Shown piece after piece: positions 7,990 through 19,244 of a stretch of DNA of 60,788 nucleotides. This stretch comes from Actinomycetota bacterium (GTDB lineage: Bacteria > Actinomycetota > Acidimicrobiia > Acidimicrobiales > Ilumatobacteraceae), in assembly GCA_043747765.1 (NCBI GenBank), contig JAYTOM010000112.1, forward strand, positions 1 through 60,788. Reading direction: 5' to 3'. Each line of letters starts with the position of its first letter. Positions within the stretch are counted from its first letter, which is position 1. The notes beneath the pieces are model-generated. The model saw only the letters and a program-made list of their open reading frames with translations. It ran no database searches and had not been told where the DNA came from. Both the position numbers and the translations under genes were made by a program.

Positions 7990-10900
7990 GTGGATGTGAC
8001 GATGCCCAACCAGTTCCCCGCGTCCGGCTACCCGACGCGTGTCCCGCCATCCCGACACGGTCTGTATGACCCTCGCTTCGAACACGATGCCTGTGGCGTT
8101 GGATTCGTGGCCAACATCAAAGGTGTCGCGAGCAGGGCGATTGTTGCGATGGGCATCGGTGCGCTCTGCAACATGGAACATCGCGGTGCCACCGGTGCCG
8201 AGGCTGACACCGGCGACGGTGCTGGCATCTTGATCCAGGTCCCGGACCGGTTCCTCCGCGAGGTCGTTCAGTTCGAATTGCCCGCAGCCGGCCACTACGC
8301 CGTTGGCCTCGCCTTCCTTCCGAGCGACGGCGAGGCCGCCCACAAGGCAATGGCATCGATCGAGGCAATCGTCGTCGATGAAGGCCTGACCGTGCTCGGC
8401 TGGCGTGACGTTCCTGTCGATCCGAGCACACTCGGCCGTAGTGCCCGAGCGGTGATGCCCAGCTTCAAGCAGTTGTTCCTCTCCGAGCCCGTTCCATCAG
8501 GGGTCGAGTCGGCGTCGGGCCTCGAGCTCGATCGCAAGGTGTTCATCGCACGCAAGCGGATCGAACACGACCTTGCGCCGGAACAGAGCACCTACTTCCC
8601 GTCGCTGTCCAGCCGGACGTTGATCTACAAGGGAATGCTGACGACGCCACAGTTGCAGTTGTTCTTCCCCGACCTCACGGATCAGCGCGTGGAGAGCGCA
8701 GTGGCCCTGATTCACAGTCGGTTCAGTACCAACACGTTTCCCTCGTGGCCGCTCGCGCATCCATATCGCTACATCGCGCACAACGGCGAGATCAATACGG
8801 TGCAGGGCAACAGAAACTGGATGCGCGCCCGCGAGGCGTTGCTGCAGAGTGATCAGTTCCGCGGTCTCGAGCGTGCCTTTCCGATCTGCACACCGGGCGG
8901 TTCCGATTCGGCGACGTTCGACGAGGTCCTCGAACTGCTGCACCTCTCCGGTCGCTCGCTGCCGCATGCGATGCTGATGATGATCCCCGAGGCGTGGGAG
9001 AACAACACCATCATGGACCCGGCCAAGCGGGCGTTCTACCGCTTTCATTCATCGATGATGGAGCCATGGGACGGCCCGGCCGGCGTTTCCTTCACCGATG
9101 GCACGGTCGTCGGATCGGTCCTGGACCGCAACGGTCTGCGGCCCGGTCGGTACTGGGTCACCGACGACGACGTGGTTGTCATGGCCAGCGAGGCCGGCGT
9201 GATCGACATCGATCCGGCGCACATCGTCGAGAAGGGCCGCCTCCGCCCGGGCAAGATGTTCTTGATCGACATGGCCCAGGGCCGGATCATCTCCGACGAG
9301 GAGGTCAAGGCAACTCTGGCTGCCGAACACCCTTACCAGCAGTGGCTGGATGCCGGACTGGTCGAACTCGTCGACCTGCCAGGGCGCGAGCACATCGTGT
9401 TCAGTCACTCCAGCGTGCTGCGCCGCCAACAGGTCTTCGGATACACGCACGAAGAGCTGAAGATCATCGTCGCACCGATGGCCAAGTCCGGTCTCGAGCC
9501 GATCGGCTCGATGGGAACCGACACGCCGATCGCCATTCTGAGCAGCCGCTCGCGTCTGCTCTTCGACTACTTCCAGCAGTTGTTCGCGCAGGTCACCAAC
9601 CCGCCGCTCGACGCGATCAGGGAAGAGGTCGTGACGGCTGTCGGCTCCACCATCGGGCCCGAGCACAACCTGCTCGAACCGGGACCGGAGAGCTGTCGTC
9701 AGCTCGTGCTGCCGTTCCCGATCATCGACAACGACGAACTCGCCAAGATCATCCACATCAACGACGAAGGCGAGTACCCGCACCTCAAGGCCGTGACGAT
9801 CAATGGTCTGTTCCGTGTCAACGGCGGCGGACTGGCGCTGAAGCGCGCCCTCGACGCGATCCGTTCAGAGGCCAGCAAGGCCATCGATGACGGTGCGCGT
9901 ATCATCGTGCTCAGCGACCGCAACAGTGACGAGGTGCACGCGCCGATCCCGTCACTGCTGATCGCCGCCGCTGTGCACCATCACCTCGTGCGCGAGAAGA
10001 AGCGCACCCAGGTTGGTCTCGTGATCGAGTGTGGCGACGCTCGAGAGGTGCACCACATGGCGCTCCTCGTCGGCTTCGGTGCCGGCGCGATCAACCCCTA
10101 CCTGGCCTTCGAATCGGTCGAGGACATGATTGCCGAGGACCTCCACGGACTCGGTGGAATGGACCCGCACAAGGCCGTCAAGAACTACATCAAAGCCAGC
10201 GGCAAGGGCGTGCTGAAGGTGATGTCGAAGATGGGCGTCAGTACTGTTGCGTCGTACACGGGCGCGCAGATCTTCGAGGCGATCGGCCTCGGCCGTGAGC
10301 TCGTCGACGAATACTTCACGGGTACGGTCAGCCGGCTCGGAGGCATTGGATTGGACGAGGTCGCGACCGAAGTCGCAACCAGGCACACGATGGCTCATCC
10401 GACGCGTCCCGCCGAGCGAGCACATCGCAAGCTCGAACTCGGTGGCGAGTACCAGTGGCGCCGCGAGGGCGAAGTCCATCTGTTCAATCCCGACACCGTC
10501 TTCAAGCTGCAGCACAGCACGCGGGCCAAGCGCTACGACATCTTCAAGCAGTACACGGCGTTGGTGAACGATCAATCGAAGAACCTGGCGACGTTGCGCG
10601 GCCTGTTCGAATTCAAGAGCGGGTTCCGCGCGGCGATCCCTATCGACGAGGTCGAGCCGGTGACGGAGATCCTCAAGCGTTTCTCCACCGGCGCGATGAG
10701 CTACGGCAGCATCAGCGCCGAGGCCCACGAGACGTTGGCCATCGCGATGAATTCGATCGGTGCGAAGAGCAACACCGGCGAGGGTGGCGAGGACAGCGAT
10801 CGTCTCCACGACCCACAACGACGGAGCAGTATCAAGCAGGTTGCCAGTGGTCGGTTCGGAGTGACGAGCGAGTACCTCGTCAACGCCGATGACATCCAGA

Positions 10901-12597
10901 TCAAGATGGCCCAAGGTGCCAAGCCCGGCGAGGGCGGTCAGTTGCCCGGTCACAAGGTGTATCCGTGGATCGCCAAGACCCGCCACAGCACGCCCGGCGT
11001 TGGTCTGATCAGCCCGCCACCGCACCACGACATCTACTCGATCGAAGACCTCAAGCAGCTGATCCACGACCTCAAGAACGCCAATCCGCTCGCCCGCGTA
11101 CACGTCAAGCTCGTTGCCGAGATGGGTGTCGGAACAGTTGCCGCAGGCGTCAGCAAGGCCAAGGCCGATGTGGTTCTGATCAGCGGACACGATGGCGGCA
11201 CCGGTGCATCGCCGTTGACGTCGTTGAAGCACGCCGGCGGTCCGTGGGAACTCGGCCTCGCCGAAACACAGCAGACGCTGCTTCTCAATGGTCTTCGCGA
11301 TCGCATCGTGGTGCAGGCCGACGGACAGCTGAAGACCGGTCGTGACGTGGTCGTGGCGGCGCTGCTCGGTGCCGAAGAGTTCGGTTTCGCCACGGCACCG
11401 TTGGTCGTCAGCGGTTGCGTGATGATGCGCGTCTGCCACCTCGACACGTGTCCCGTCGGTGTCGCGACGCAGAATCCGGAGCTGCGCAAGAAGTTCAGCG
11501 GCAAGCCGGAGTTCGTTGTCAACTTCTTCGAGTTCATCGCGACGGAGGTACGCGAACTGATGGCCGAGTTGGGCTTTCGGACGGTGGCCGAGATGATCGG
11601 CCACGTCGAGATGCTCGATACCAGGACGGCCATCACCCATTGGAAGGCAGCTGGGCTGGACATCAGCCCGATCCTGACCCAGCCACAAAACCCCTACGGC
11701 CAGACACTGCTGCATTCCGTGGCACAGGACCACGGACTCGAGGCTGCACTCGATCAGCAATTGATCGCCAAGTCGCAGAGCACGCTCGACGGTGGTGATC
11801 CGGTCGCATTCGAGATGCAGGTGCACAACGTCAACCGCACAGTCGGGACGATGCTCGGCAACGCCGTCACAACACGTTTCGGTGGCGCAGGACTTCCGGA
11901 CGGTTCGATCACGATCCACTTCCGCGGGTCGGCGGGCCAGAGCTTCGGGGCCTTCGTGCCATCCGGAATCGAACTCCGGCTCGAGGGCGACGGCAACGAT
12001 TACGTCGCCAAAGGGCTCAGCGGAGGGCGGATCATCGTCCATCCCGATCGGCGCGCGATCCTGGTCGCCGAGGACAACGTGATTGCCGGCAACGTCATCG
12101 CCTATGGCGCGACGAGCGGCGAATTGTTCCTCCGTGGCATCGTCGGCGAGCGGTTCTGCGTCCGCAACTCCGGCGCCACCGCCGTCGTCGAAGGCGTCGG
12201 TGACCACGGTTGCGAATACATGACCGGTGGTCGCGTGGTCGTGCTCGGCCCGACCGGACGCAATTTTGCAGCCGGGATGAGCGGCGGCGTCGCGTACGTC
12301 TACGACCCGCACGAGACGTTCGCGGCGCTGGTCAACTACGACATGGTGCAGCTCGAGAACCTCGACGAGACCGACGTCGATGAGTTGCGAGCGATGATCA
12401 TCCGACATCGTGATTTCACCGACAGCGCTGTCGCCGGTCGAATCCTCGACGACTGGAACGCCCACGTCGGTAGCTTTCGCAAGGTGATGCCACAGGACTA
12501 CAAGCGAGTTCTCGGCGTGATGAAGCAGGCCGCGGTCGAAGGCCTGGACGAGGACGCGACCAGCGCCCGTGTGATGGCCAGTGTCGGAGGCGTGTGA
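7990..12597 (+). CDS. gltB: glutamate synthase large subunit
   Basis: The 1535-aa ORF has an Ntn amidotransferase start ..[14 protein letters not shown].., FMN and 3Fe-4S regions, and a C-terminal GXGXG domain. The start is GTG 7990 or ATG 8002. Confidence 0.95.
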   Translation: MDVTMPNQFPASGYPTRVPPSRHGLYDPRFEHDACGVGFVANIKGVASRAIVAMGIGALCNMEHRGATGAEADTGDGAGILIQVPDRFLREVVQFELPAAGHYAVGLAFLPSDGEAAHKAMASIEAIVVDEGLTVLGWRDVPVDPSTLGRSARAVMPSFKQLFLSEPVPSGVESASGLELDRKVFIARKRIEHDLAPEQSTYFPSLSSRTLIYKGMLTTPQLQLFFPDLTDQRVESAVALIHSRFSTNTFPSWPLAHPYRYIAHNGEINTVQGNRNWMRAREALLQSDQFRGLERAFPICTPGGSDSATFDEVLELLHLSGRSLPHAMLMMIPEAWENNTIMDPAKRAFYRFHSSMMEPWDGPAGVSFTDGTVVGSVLDRNGLRPGRYWVTDDDVVVMASEAGVIDIDPAHIVEKGRLRPGKMFLIDMAQGRIISDEEVKATLAAEHPYQQWLDAGLVELVDLPGREHIVFSHSSVLRRQQVFGYTHEELKIIVAPMAKSGLEPIGSMGTDTPIAILSSRSRLLFDYFQQLFAQVTNPPLDAIREEVVTAVGSTIGPEHNLLEPGPESCRQLVLPFPIIDNDELAKIIHINDEGEYPHLKAVTINGLFRVNGGGLALKRALDAIRSEASKAIDDGARIIVLSDRNSDEVHAPIPSLLIAAAVHHHLVREKKRTQVGLVIECGDAREVHHMALLVGFGAGAINPYLAFESVEDMIAEDLHGLGGMDPHKAVKNYIKASGKGVLKVMSKMGVSTVASYTGAQIFEAIGLGRELVDEYFTGTVSRLGGIGLDEVATEVATRHTMAHPTRPAERAHRKLELGGEYQWRREGEVHLFNPDTVFKLQHSTRAKRYDIFKQYTALVNDQSKNLATLRGLFEFKSGFRAAIPIDEVEPVTEILKRFSTGAMSYGSISAEAHETLAIAMNSIGAKSNTGEGGEDSDRLHDPQRRSSIKQVASGRFGVTSEYLVNADDIQIKMAQGAKPGEGGQLPGHKVYPWIAKTRHSTPGVGLISPPPHHDIYSIEDLKQLIHDLKNANPLARVHVKLVAEMGVGTVAAGVSKAKADVVLISGHDGGTGASPLTSLKHAGGPWELGLAETQQTLLLNGLRDRIVVQADGQLKTGRDVVVAALLGAEEFGFATAPLVVSGCVMMRVCHLDTCPVGVATQNPELRKKFSGKPEFVVNFFEFIATEVRELMAELGFRTVAEMIGHVEMLDTRTAITHWKAAGLDISPILTQPQNPYGQTLLHSVAQDHGLEAALDQQLIAKSQSTLDGGDPVAFEMQVHNVNRTVGTMLGNAVTTRFGGAGLPDGSITIHFRGSAGQSFGAFVPSGIELRLEGDGNDYVAKGLSGGRIIVHPDRRAILVAEDNVIAGNVIAYGATSGELFLRGIVGERFCVRNSGATAVVEGVGDHGCEYMTGGRVVVLGPTGRNFAAGMSGGVAYVYDPHETFAALVNYDMVQLENLDETDVDELRAMIIRHRDFTDSAVAGRILDDWNAHVGSFRKVMPQDYKRVLGVMKQAAVEGLDEDATSARVMASVGGV

Positions 12598-14048
12598 TGG
12601 GTGAAGCAACCGGGTTCTTGAAATGGCAGCGCGAGATGCCGACGCGACGCGCCGTGCCGGTGCGGTTGCGCGACTGGAAAGAGGTCTACGAGCCGTTCGA
12701 GCGCGACAAGGTGCAGACCCAGGCCGGGCGCTGCATGGACTGCGGTATCCCGTTCTGCAACAACGGTTGCCCATTGGGCAATCTGATTCCGGACTGGAAC
12801 GATCTCGTCTACCGAGAGCACTGGCGCGATGCGATCGATCGGTTGCACGCCACGAACAACTTCCCAGAATTCACGGGTCGGCTGTGTCCTGCGCCGTGCG
12901 AATCGGCGTGCGTGCTCGGGATCAACTCCGATGCGGTGACGATCAAGCAGGTCGAGGTGGAGATCATCAACCGCGCCTGGGACGAGGGCTGGGTCGTGCC
13001 ACAACGTCCGGCGACCAAGACCGGCAAGCGCGTCGTGGTCGTCGGATCGGGTCCCGCCGGGTTGGCGGCGGCCCAGCAACTGACCCGGGCCGGTCACGAC
13101 GTCGTGGTGCTGGAGCGCGCCGACCGCATCGGCGGACTGCTCCGCTACGGCATTCCCGAGTTCAAAATGGAAAAGCGTCACCTGGATCGACGGATCGAAC
13201 AGATGGAGGCTGAAGGCACCGAGTTCCGCACCAACGCAGCGGTCGGCGCCGGGATCGACATCGACATCCTGCTTGCCAGCAACGACGCAATCGTGCTCGC
13301 CTGTGGTGCGACGGCGTGGCGAGATCTGCCGATCCCCGGGCGCGAACTGCAGGGCATCCATCAGGCAATGGAATTCCTTCCGCTGGCCAATCGGGTTCAG
13401 CAGGGCGACACGGCGTCGTCCGCCATCGATGCATCGGGCAAGCACGTCATCATCATCGGCGGCGGCGACACGGGTGCTGACTGCCTCGGAACATCACACC
13501 GACAGGGCGCGGCATCGGTGACCCAACTCGAGATCATGCCGGAGCCGCCGCAGACCCGTGCCGATGGGAACCCGTGGCCACAGTGGAGTTTGGTGCTGCG
13601 TACCTCGTCGGCTCACGAAGAGGGTGGCGAGCGCGTCTACAGCGTGAACACCGAGCGTTTCATCGACGACGGCCACGGCCACGTCAAGGCGCTGCTGTTG
13701 TACGAGGTGGAAATGGTCCAGGGCACGTTCACCAAGATCGAAGGATCCGATCGTGAACTTCCGGCCGATCTCGTCTTTCTCGCAATGGGGTTCCTCGGGC
13801 CCGAGAAGGCGGCGTGGCTCGACGAGCTCGGTGTCGATCTGGATGAACGCGGCAACGTCCGCCGCAATGACGATTTCATGTCCAGCGTTCCGGGTGTGTT
13901 CGTGGCCGGCGACATGGGACGCGGCCAGAGCCTCATCGTGTGGGCGATCGCTGAGGGACGGGCCTGCGCGGCAGGGGCCGACCGCTACCTCGTCGGCGAG
14001 ACGGATCTGCCGTCTCCGGTACTGCCGACGACACGACCGGTGGCGTGA
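12594..14048 (+). CDS. gltD: glutamate synthase small subunit (NADPH)
   Basis: ..CMDCGIPFC.. and ..CPAPCE.. Fe-S cysteines are present, plus [14 protein letters not shown] dinucleotide folds. 4-nt overlap with gltB. Confidence 0.95.
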   Translation: MMGEATGFLKWQREMPTRRAVPVRLRDWKEVYEPFERDKVQTQAGRCMDCGIPFCNNGCPLGNLIPDWNDLVYREHWRDAIDRLHATNNFPEFTGRLCPAPCESACVLGINSDAVTIKQVEVEIINRAWDEGWVVPQRPATKTGKRVVVVGSGPAGLAAAQQLTRAGHDVVVLERADRIGGLLRYGIPEFKMEKRHLDRRIEQMEAEGTEFRTNAAVGAGIDIDILLASNDAIVLACGATAWRDLPIPGRELQGIHQAMEFLPLANRVQQGDTASSAIDASGKHVIIIGGGDTGADCLGTSHRQGAASVTQLEIMPEPPQTRADGNPWPQWSLVLRTSSAHEEGGERVYSVNTERFIDDGHGHVKALLLYEVEMVQGTFTKIEGSDRELPADLVFLAMGFLGPEKAAWLDELGVDLDERGNVRRNDDFMSSVPGVFVAGDMGRGQSLIVWAIAEGRACAAGADRYLVGETDLPSPVLPTTRPVA

Positions 14049-14127
14049 CGTACAACGCCGTCGTATCGGGCTGTGGGCTCCTGAGAGTGCCGGAACTCCT
14101 GGTCGGACCGGGCCTATGATCTGGCCC

Positions 14128-14751
14128 ATGAAGTCGAGAATCGTCCTGGTCGGGTTCAGCGCGACAGCGCTGCTCGGACTGAGCGGGTGCGGGAGTTCGG
14201 CTGGTACGGGCGCCGCGCCGGCGACCACCATCCGACTCGGTACTCCGAGCTACCAGACCCTGTTACCGCAGGTCACCAGCACCCTTCCAGCTCAGACGGT
14301 CCCGGGCCAGGTGGTCGGAATCGTCCCCGGAGAGCAGACGCACACCGTCGTCAGTGGCGACTATCTGGTCAAGATTGCCAAGTCCTTCTGCACCACCGCT
14401 CAGAAGGTCGCCGACTACAACGCCTGGACCGACGGGATCACGCATCGACTGCAGCCGGGCCAGGTGATCAAGATCGCCGGCGGTTCCTGCGCACCCGGGA
14501 CCGGCGCGACCACCGTTGCCAACACCAACGCTCCGACTGCTGCGACGACGGTCACTCCACAGCGGACGACAACCACGTTCAATGCCAGCACGGGGGGCAC
14601 CTACACCGTCGTCGCTGGGGATTACCTCGGCAAGATCGCAACCAAGACCGGGTCGACGGTGGCCGGCATCGTCGCCGCCAACGGCTGGGCAGATTCGACG
14701 CACAACATCATCCCCGGTCAGACGATCAAGCTGCCCGCCAAGACCGGCTGA
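14128..14751 (+). CDS. lipoprotein with two LysM domains
   Basis: The signal peptide MKSRIVLVGFSATALLGLSGC carries a lipobox. There are two LysM repeats (HTVVSGDYLVKIAK..., YTVVAGDYLGKIAT...). The upstream part of track ORF 13753.. is out-of-gene. Confidence 0.8.
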   Translation: MKSRIVLVGFSATALLGLSGCGSSAGTGAAPATTIRLGTPSYQTLLPQVTSTLPAQTVPGQVVGIVPGEQTHTVVSGDYLVKIAKSFCTTAQKVADYNAWTDGITHRLQPGQVIKIAGGSCAPGTGATTVANTNAPTAATTVTPQRTTTTFNASTGGTYTVVAGDYLGKIATKTGSTVAGIVAANGWADSTHNIIPGQTIKLPAKTG

Positions 14752-14975
14752 ACTCTGCGCTCGGCTTCGGCAGTGAACTCATTGCCGACGAGATCGAGCC
14801 CGGGATTCGGATTGTTGGAGCGGTCAGACGGTGCAAGAAACACTCAAGTTCGACCACGACGCGCCGATCACTTCGGCGGCGGAAGAGCGAACGTGCTCGA
14901 TGCGACGGACCAGCGCTGCTGGATCGTTCGAGCTGGCAGATGTCCAGCTCGTTCCAAGGAAGAGGAACACCTCGA

Positions 14976-15332
14976 ATGAGCAAGATCCTGCACTGGTCCA
15001 TGATCGGTGTCCTGTCACTCGGCGGTCTCGCCGCGTGTGGCAGTGACAAGAAGAACGACACGGTCACGACGACGGCGGCCAGCACCGCCGGCACCGCCAG
15101 CACCGGTGCTACGCCAGCCGGCACGCTCTCGGAGTTCTGCGCCAAGACCGAGGCCCTCGGCGTCGACTATGCCGCAGCCCAGACCGGGACCGTGGCCGAC
15201 GATGTCAAGGCTGCCCTGATCGCCCGTGCGACCGCACTCGGCGAGGACCTCAAGGCGGCAATCATCGCCAGCCCCGCCGACAAGGATGCGCTCATCGCCT
15301 GCCTCGCCGCAGTCAAGACCGCAGGCGGCTGA
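14976..15332 (+). CDS. small Thr/Ala-rich lipoprotein, unknown function
   Basis: ATG 14976 follows an AAGGAAGAGGA RBS. MSKILHWSMIGVLSLGGLAACG contains a lipobox. Confidence 0.55.
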   Translation: MSKILHWSMIGVLSLGGLAACGSDKKNDTVTTTAASTAGTASTGATPAGTLSEFCAKTEALGVDYAAAQTGTVADDVKAALIARATALGEDLKAAIIASPADKDALIACLAAVKTAGG

Positions 15333-15398
15333 CCCCAGCCCCTTCGGGACATCCACGAATCGACAGCCGCCGCTGGTCGGACCTCACGAGCCTGTGGC

Positions 15399-16433
15399 TC
15401 ACCCGAGGTCGGGCCAGCGGCGTTTCTGACGGCGACGGATGCCCATGTCGCCGAGCTGACGCTGCTCGGTCAATGACCACTCGCGACGCCAGCCGTTGTA
15501 CTCCGGGCCGGTCAGCTTCGGGTTCTTGCCTTCGGCTCGGTTGCGGCGAGCCGTCCAGTAGTCGGTCAGGCTCTCGTCGCCGAGCAGAGCAACGGCGGCC
15601 TCGATGCGCGCATTGAAACGGCGTGTGTTCTCGTCGGCACCGGCCAGCAGCGGATGACCGAAGATCACCGTGGTGCGTCCGGGCTTGGGCCGCTTCATCC
15701 CCTTGCCGAAGATCGGCCCCGTTCCGTCGATGAACATCGGCACCACTGGTGCGCCGGTTCGTGACGACAGATATGCCGCGCCACCTTTGAAGTCCTGGCC
15801 CCAGCCGTCGGGTGAGCGCCCACCCTCTGGGTAGATCAGCAGGCTCCAACCGTCGGCCATCAGATCGCGGATCTGGTCGGCCGACTTGCGGCCGGTGGAG
15901 TCGCGATCGATCGGCAGGGCGTTCATCGTCAGCGCGGCCGCATTGCCCTTGGCCTTGGTGGTGAAGAAGTAGTCGGCGGCCGCAGCGACCATCAGCTTGT
16001 GCCGCCACGGCTCGGGAATTGCATAGACGGACAGCGGCGTGTCGAGGTGGCTGTGATGATTCGGGGTGAAGATCAGCGGCGGGGGATTCTTGCGCGTGCG
16101 CAGATCCTCCAACCGATCAGCGCCCTTCACCGTCGGCGAGGCGATCCCCTTGATGAACAGCCTCATCGGCCCTTCGGTCCACAGCACGCGACCGAGGCGG
16201 GCAGGGTATTTGCGTGCCCATCCGGTCTCGAAATCGCCGAGCAACTTCGACGGTTCTTGCGATACGACGACGCCCTGCGGGACATTCGGCTTGCGGTACG
16301 GGAAACCCTTCGTCGACAAGGGTTTGGCGACCTTTGCGAGAGCCGATTCGACCGAGCCCGCCGCCCTCGCGGCGCGCTTGAGGTTGGCGACGTCGCGGAT
16401 CTTGTCGTCGCGCTTGCCGATCAGGGATGCCAT
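15399..16433 (-). CDS. lysophospholipid/1-acyl-sn-glycerol-3-phosphate acyltransferase family protein
   Basis: The H(X)4D motif ..PNHHSHLDTP.. and the ..IYPEGGRSPDG.. block are present. Confidence 0.85.
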   Translation of the reverse strand: MASLIGKRDDKIRDVANLKRAARAAGSVESALAKVAKPLSTKGFPYRKPNVPQGVVVSQEPSKLLGDFETGWARKYPARLGRVLWTEGPMRLFIKGIASPTVKGADRLEDLRTRKNPPPLIFTPNHHSHLDTPLSVYAIPEPWRHKLMVAAAADYFFTTKAKGNAAALTMNALPIDRDSTGRKSADQIRDLMADGWSLLIYPEGGRSPDGWGQDFKGGAAYLSSRTGAPVVPMFIDGTGPIFGKGMKRPKPGRTTVIFGHPLLAGADENTRRFNARIEAAVALLGDESLTDYWTARRNRAEGKNPKLTGPEYNGWRREWSLTEQRQLGDMGIRRRQKRRWPDLG

Positions 16434-16446
16434 CGTCAGCGACCCG

Positions 16447-18033
16447 TCACTTGACGTCGGCCACCAGGACCGGCGGAGTGTGGATGTGGGTGATCGTCGG
16501 CGTGGTGCCGACGACGTCGGAGGCGATCTCGAATGCGTCGTCCATCGTCGATGCCGGCGTGAACCCGAGCCGACGGACGGCCTTGACGTTGCCGCCGACG
16601 ATGATCACGCGACTGCAGTGCTGCATGCCGTGTGCGCCCCAGTACCACATGTAGAACGGGTGCACACCGTGGTAGGCGTAACTGGTGCGGTACAGGTGCT
16701 TGTACCACTCGTCCTCGGCGAAGCGCTTCTCGTACTTCTCGTGCATCACGTGCGGGTCGGTCGTCTCCGACAGCACCTGTTCGAAGAAGTCGATGTAGCT
16801 CGGGTGATGCACGGGGTGGAAGTCCCACGGGGTCGGGTGGGTCATGATCACGACGCCTCCCTCTTTGACGAGCGGCTTGCCCTTGTACATGTTGAATAGG
16901 TAGCCGAGTCCCATGCACATCACAAGGATCGGATTCATGATCGAGTTGACGTTGTACGGGCAGATGAACGGGATGCCCATCGTCAGGATGTCGGTCTGGC
17001 CTTGCACCTCGACGAGTTGCTGCTTCCACACGTTCTCGGTGGTCTGCTTGTGCACGGCCTCGACCTCGCCGGCGTGCACGCTGGTCATCTGATGCGGTGC
17101 TTCGATGCTGTGGAAGATGTTGCGGGCGATCCTGGAGGGCGTGCGCTTCAGGGCTTGCGACGAGGCCACGAAGCTGGCTCGGTCGCGGGCGTTCCACTCC
17201 CACTCGCGCTTCGACAGGAATCCGAACGGCTTCGGGAAGGTGTCGGTGTTCATCGTGGTCTCGATCTGAAAGACCTTGACGCCGCTGTCCACCATCACCT
17301 TGCCCATTCGCCAGTTGCTCTTGTGCAACTCGCTCTTGTGCTGATCCATGAAGCTGCGGGTCTGCTCCATCGTCTTCGGGTTGTGGTGGTGCCGCAGGCT
17401 CTTGTAGCTGCTGAGGCCGGTCGCGGTACTCTTCCAGCCACCGTCCATCGCGACGAGGTTGATGTTCACATAGACGAGCAGATCGCTCTCGGCCGCTCGC
17501 TTGTTGATCTCGACGTCTTCGCCGTGGGGGGTCTGACCGAGGTACTCGAGTTTGTCCGGATCCTCGGCATCGTGCTGATAGAGGAATCCCCGTGGTGCGA
17601 ATGCGTCGAAGACGCGGTCGCCGACAGCGTGACGCAGTTCGGCCTCGGTCATCCGCCGATGCAACGCCAACGCGGCGATGATGTGCACATCGTCCACGCC
17701 GGCGTCGGCGGCCATGTCCAGCACGGCTTCGATCACGCGCTGGCGGATGTCCGGCTTCGTCATCGGCGGCAGCGGCAGGCTGATGTCGTCGAACGCGATG
17801 GTCAACTTCATCCCTGGGAACAGCAACTCCGGCAACGGGTCGTGGTCGATCGGGTTGAGCAGGGCGTGCACGATCGAGCCGTCGATGTCCTTCAGCGCGT
17901 CCAATGGCTCGGGGGCATAGATGACGCGGCTGCGGCCGGCGGGCAGTTTCTCGAGGCTGTAGCCCTCGCCGCGCCAGAACAGGATCGGTGGAGTGTTTCG
18001 ATCCACCTCGAGGACGAATCCGGGACGAGGCAT
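16447..18033 (-). CDS. LarA-like (lactate racemase N-terminal domain/DUF2088) protein
   Basis: The track ORF was trimmed to ATG 18033 (MPRPGFVLEV..). ..IAFDDISLPLPP.., ..IIAALALHRRMT.. and ..MDGGWKSTATG.. match the LarA blocks, including a GGxK lysine. 1-nt TGATG overlap with the upstream ADH. Confidence 0.75.
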   Translation of the reverse strand: MPRPGFVLEVDRNTPPILFWRGEGYSLEKLPAGRSRVIYAPEPLDALKDIDGSIVHALLNPIDHDPLPELLFPGMKLTIAFDDISLPLPPMTKPDIRQRVIEAVLDMAADAGVDDVHIIAALALHRRMTEAELRHAVGDRVFDAFAPRGFLYQHDAEDPDKLEYLGQTPHGEDVEINKRAAESDLLVYVNINLVAMDGGWKSTATGLSSYKSLRHHHNPKTMEQTRSFMDQHKSELHKSNWRMGKVMVDSGVKVFQIETTMNTDTFPKPFGFLSKREWEWNARDRASFVASSQALKRTPSRIARNIFHSIEAPHQMTSVHAGEVEAVHKQTTENVWKQQLVEVQGQTDILTMGIPFICPYNVNSIMNPILVMCMGLGYLFNMYKGKPLVKEGGVVIMTHPTPWDFHPVHHPSYIDFFEQVLSETTDPHVMHEKYEKRFAEDEWYKHLYRTSYAYHGVHPFYMWYWGAHGMQHCSRVIIVGGNVKAVRRLGFTPASTMDDAFEIASDVVGTTPTITHIHTPPVLVADVK

Positions 18034-19244
18034 CAGTGCTTCTCCATCTTCTTCAGATCTGAGTGTGTCTCGCGAGGGTCGAAGGCGACCTTCACGGCGC
18101 CACGACGCCCGGCGGCGGCGGCGTGGGCAATGGCATCTTCGTAGTCGTCGAGTGGGTATGTGGCCGACACCAGCCGACCCATGTCGAGCGCGGTGACGGT
18201 CTCGATCGCGAGGTCGAACGTGCGCGCCGTGGTGCCGTCGGGCATCGTCTCGGTGCCGTAGGTGTACGAGCCGGAGATCGTCGTCTCGCGATGCCAGAGT
18301 CCGGTCAGATCGACCGTGACCTCGGCCGGCATGCCCATCAGGATCACGGTGCCGCGCGGCTTGGTGATCTGCAGGCACGATTCGATCGACCCACTGTTGC
18401 CGACGGCATCGATCGTCACGTGCGCGCCACCACTGAGGTAGTCGCCGATGACATGGCAGCCGACCGTGCGACGCACGGCGCGGGCCAGTTCTTTGGGCGC
18501 CACCACCTCGTCGGCGCCGAACGCTCGGGCGTACGACTGCTGATGCGGGTATCTGGCTCCGACGATGATGTGCGCGTGCGGGATGTACCGACGCAGGCCG
18601 GCGATCGCGCACAGGCCCATCGTCCCGGCTCCGAGCACGGCGATCACGGGGACGGCGACGTCGGCGATCGCGGGCCAGCACATCAGAGCGGTGTGGATGC
18701 CACCGGCCGCAGGCTCGATCATCACGGCAGCCTCGTCGCTCAGGTCGTCCGGAACCGTGTGGATCTGCGAGGAGTGTGCCTGGAAGTACGTGCTCCAGCC
18801 GCCACCTGTCGAGTGGCAGAAGCCGGTCTGGATACCCGGGTCGAGCGGGGGGAGAGCGAGGTGGGCGTAGTCGTCGCCGTCGCCGGGCGCTGCACCCGGA
18901 AAGGGCAGCGGGAAGCCCCGTGCCGCGTGGCCGAGGACCGGCTCGATGACCACGCGGGTGCCGTCCTGCAGCTCGCCGACCACCTCGTGGCCGGGCGTGA
19001 ACGGGAACGAGACGAGGTCGTCGAAGTAGGTCGACGCATGACCCTCGATTGTCGACAGATCACTCCCGCAGATACCGCTGAGCCGCGTCTTGACGACATG
19101 CCAACCATCGCCGAGCAGCTCTGGTGGATCGAGTGAGACGAGCTTGATCGGACCGACCCTGGCAGCGGCGGACGGGCTGACAGCCGAGGCCATCCGGGCC
19201 AATCCGAGCCTGGCGATGTTGCGGGAAACTTGCAGTGCTTTCAT
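18033..19244 (-). CDS. zinc-dependent alcohol dehydrogenase (MDR family)
   Basis: The ORF was trimmed to ATG 19244 (MKALQVSRN..). ..GICGSDL.., ..GHEVVGEL.. and ..VLGAGTMGL.. are present. TGATG overlaps occur at both ends. Confidence 0.85.
   Translation of the reverse strand: MKALQVSRNIARLGLARMASAVSPSAAARVGPIKLVSLDPPELLGDGWHVVKTRLSGICGSDLSTIEGHASTYFDDLVSFPFTPGHEVVGELQDGTRVVIEPVLGHAARGFPLPFPGAAPGDGDDYAHLALPPLDPGIQTGFCHSTGGGWSTYFQAHSSQIHTVPDDLSDEAAVMIEPAAGGIHTALMCWPAIADVAVPVIAVLGAGTMGLCAIAGLRRYIPHAHIIVGARYPHQQSYARAFGADEVVAPKELARAVRRTVGCHVIGDYLSGGAHVTIDAVGNSGSIESCLQITKPRGTVILMGMPAEVTVDLTGLWHRETTISGSYTYGTETMPDGTTARTFDLAIETVTALDMGRLVSATYPLDDYEDAIAHAAAAGRRGAVKVAFDPRETHSDLKKMEKH

Noticed and set aside
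9952-12774. A 940-aa minus-strand ORF, the longest unexplained ORF in the track.
   Set aside because: It is entirely antisense to gltB/gltD. Its composition is Arg/Ala/Gly/Asp-rich and low-complexity, as expected of high-GC antisense frames, and it has no recognisable motif. The same applies to 2160..3500(+), 8497..9048(-), 9049..9783(-), 17002..18144(+), 18063..19136(+), 34194..35681(-), 36765..37766(+), 39372..40439(-) and 52470..53848(+).
14752-14975. c-di-AMP (ydaO-type) or another riboswitch upstream of cell-wall lipoprotein genes.
   Set aside because: I could not find the conserved core sequences by eye. The region is kept only as a low-interest leader/hairpin observation.
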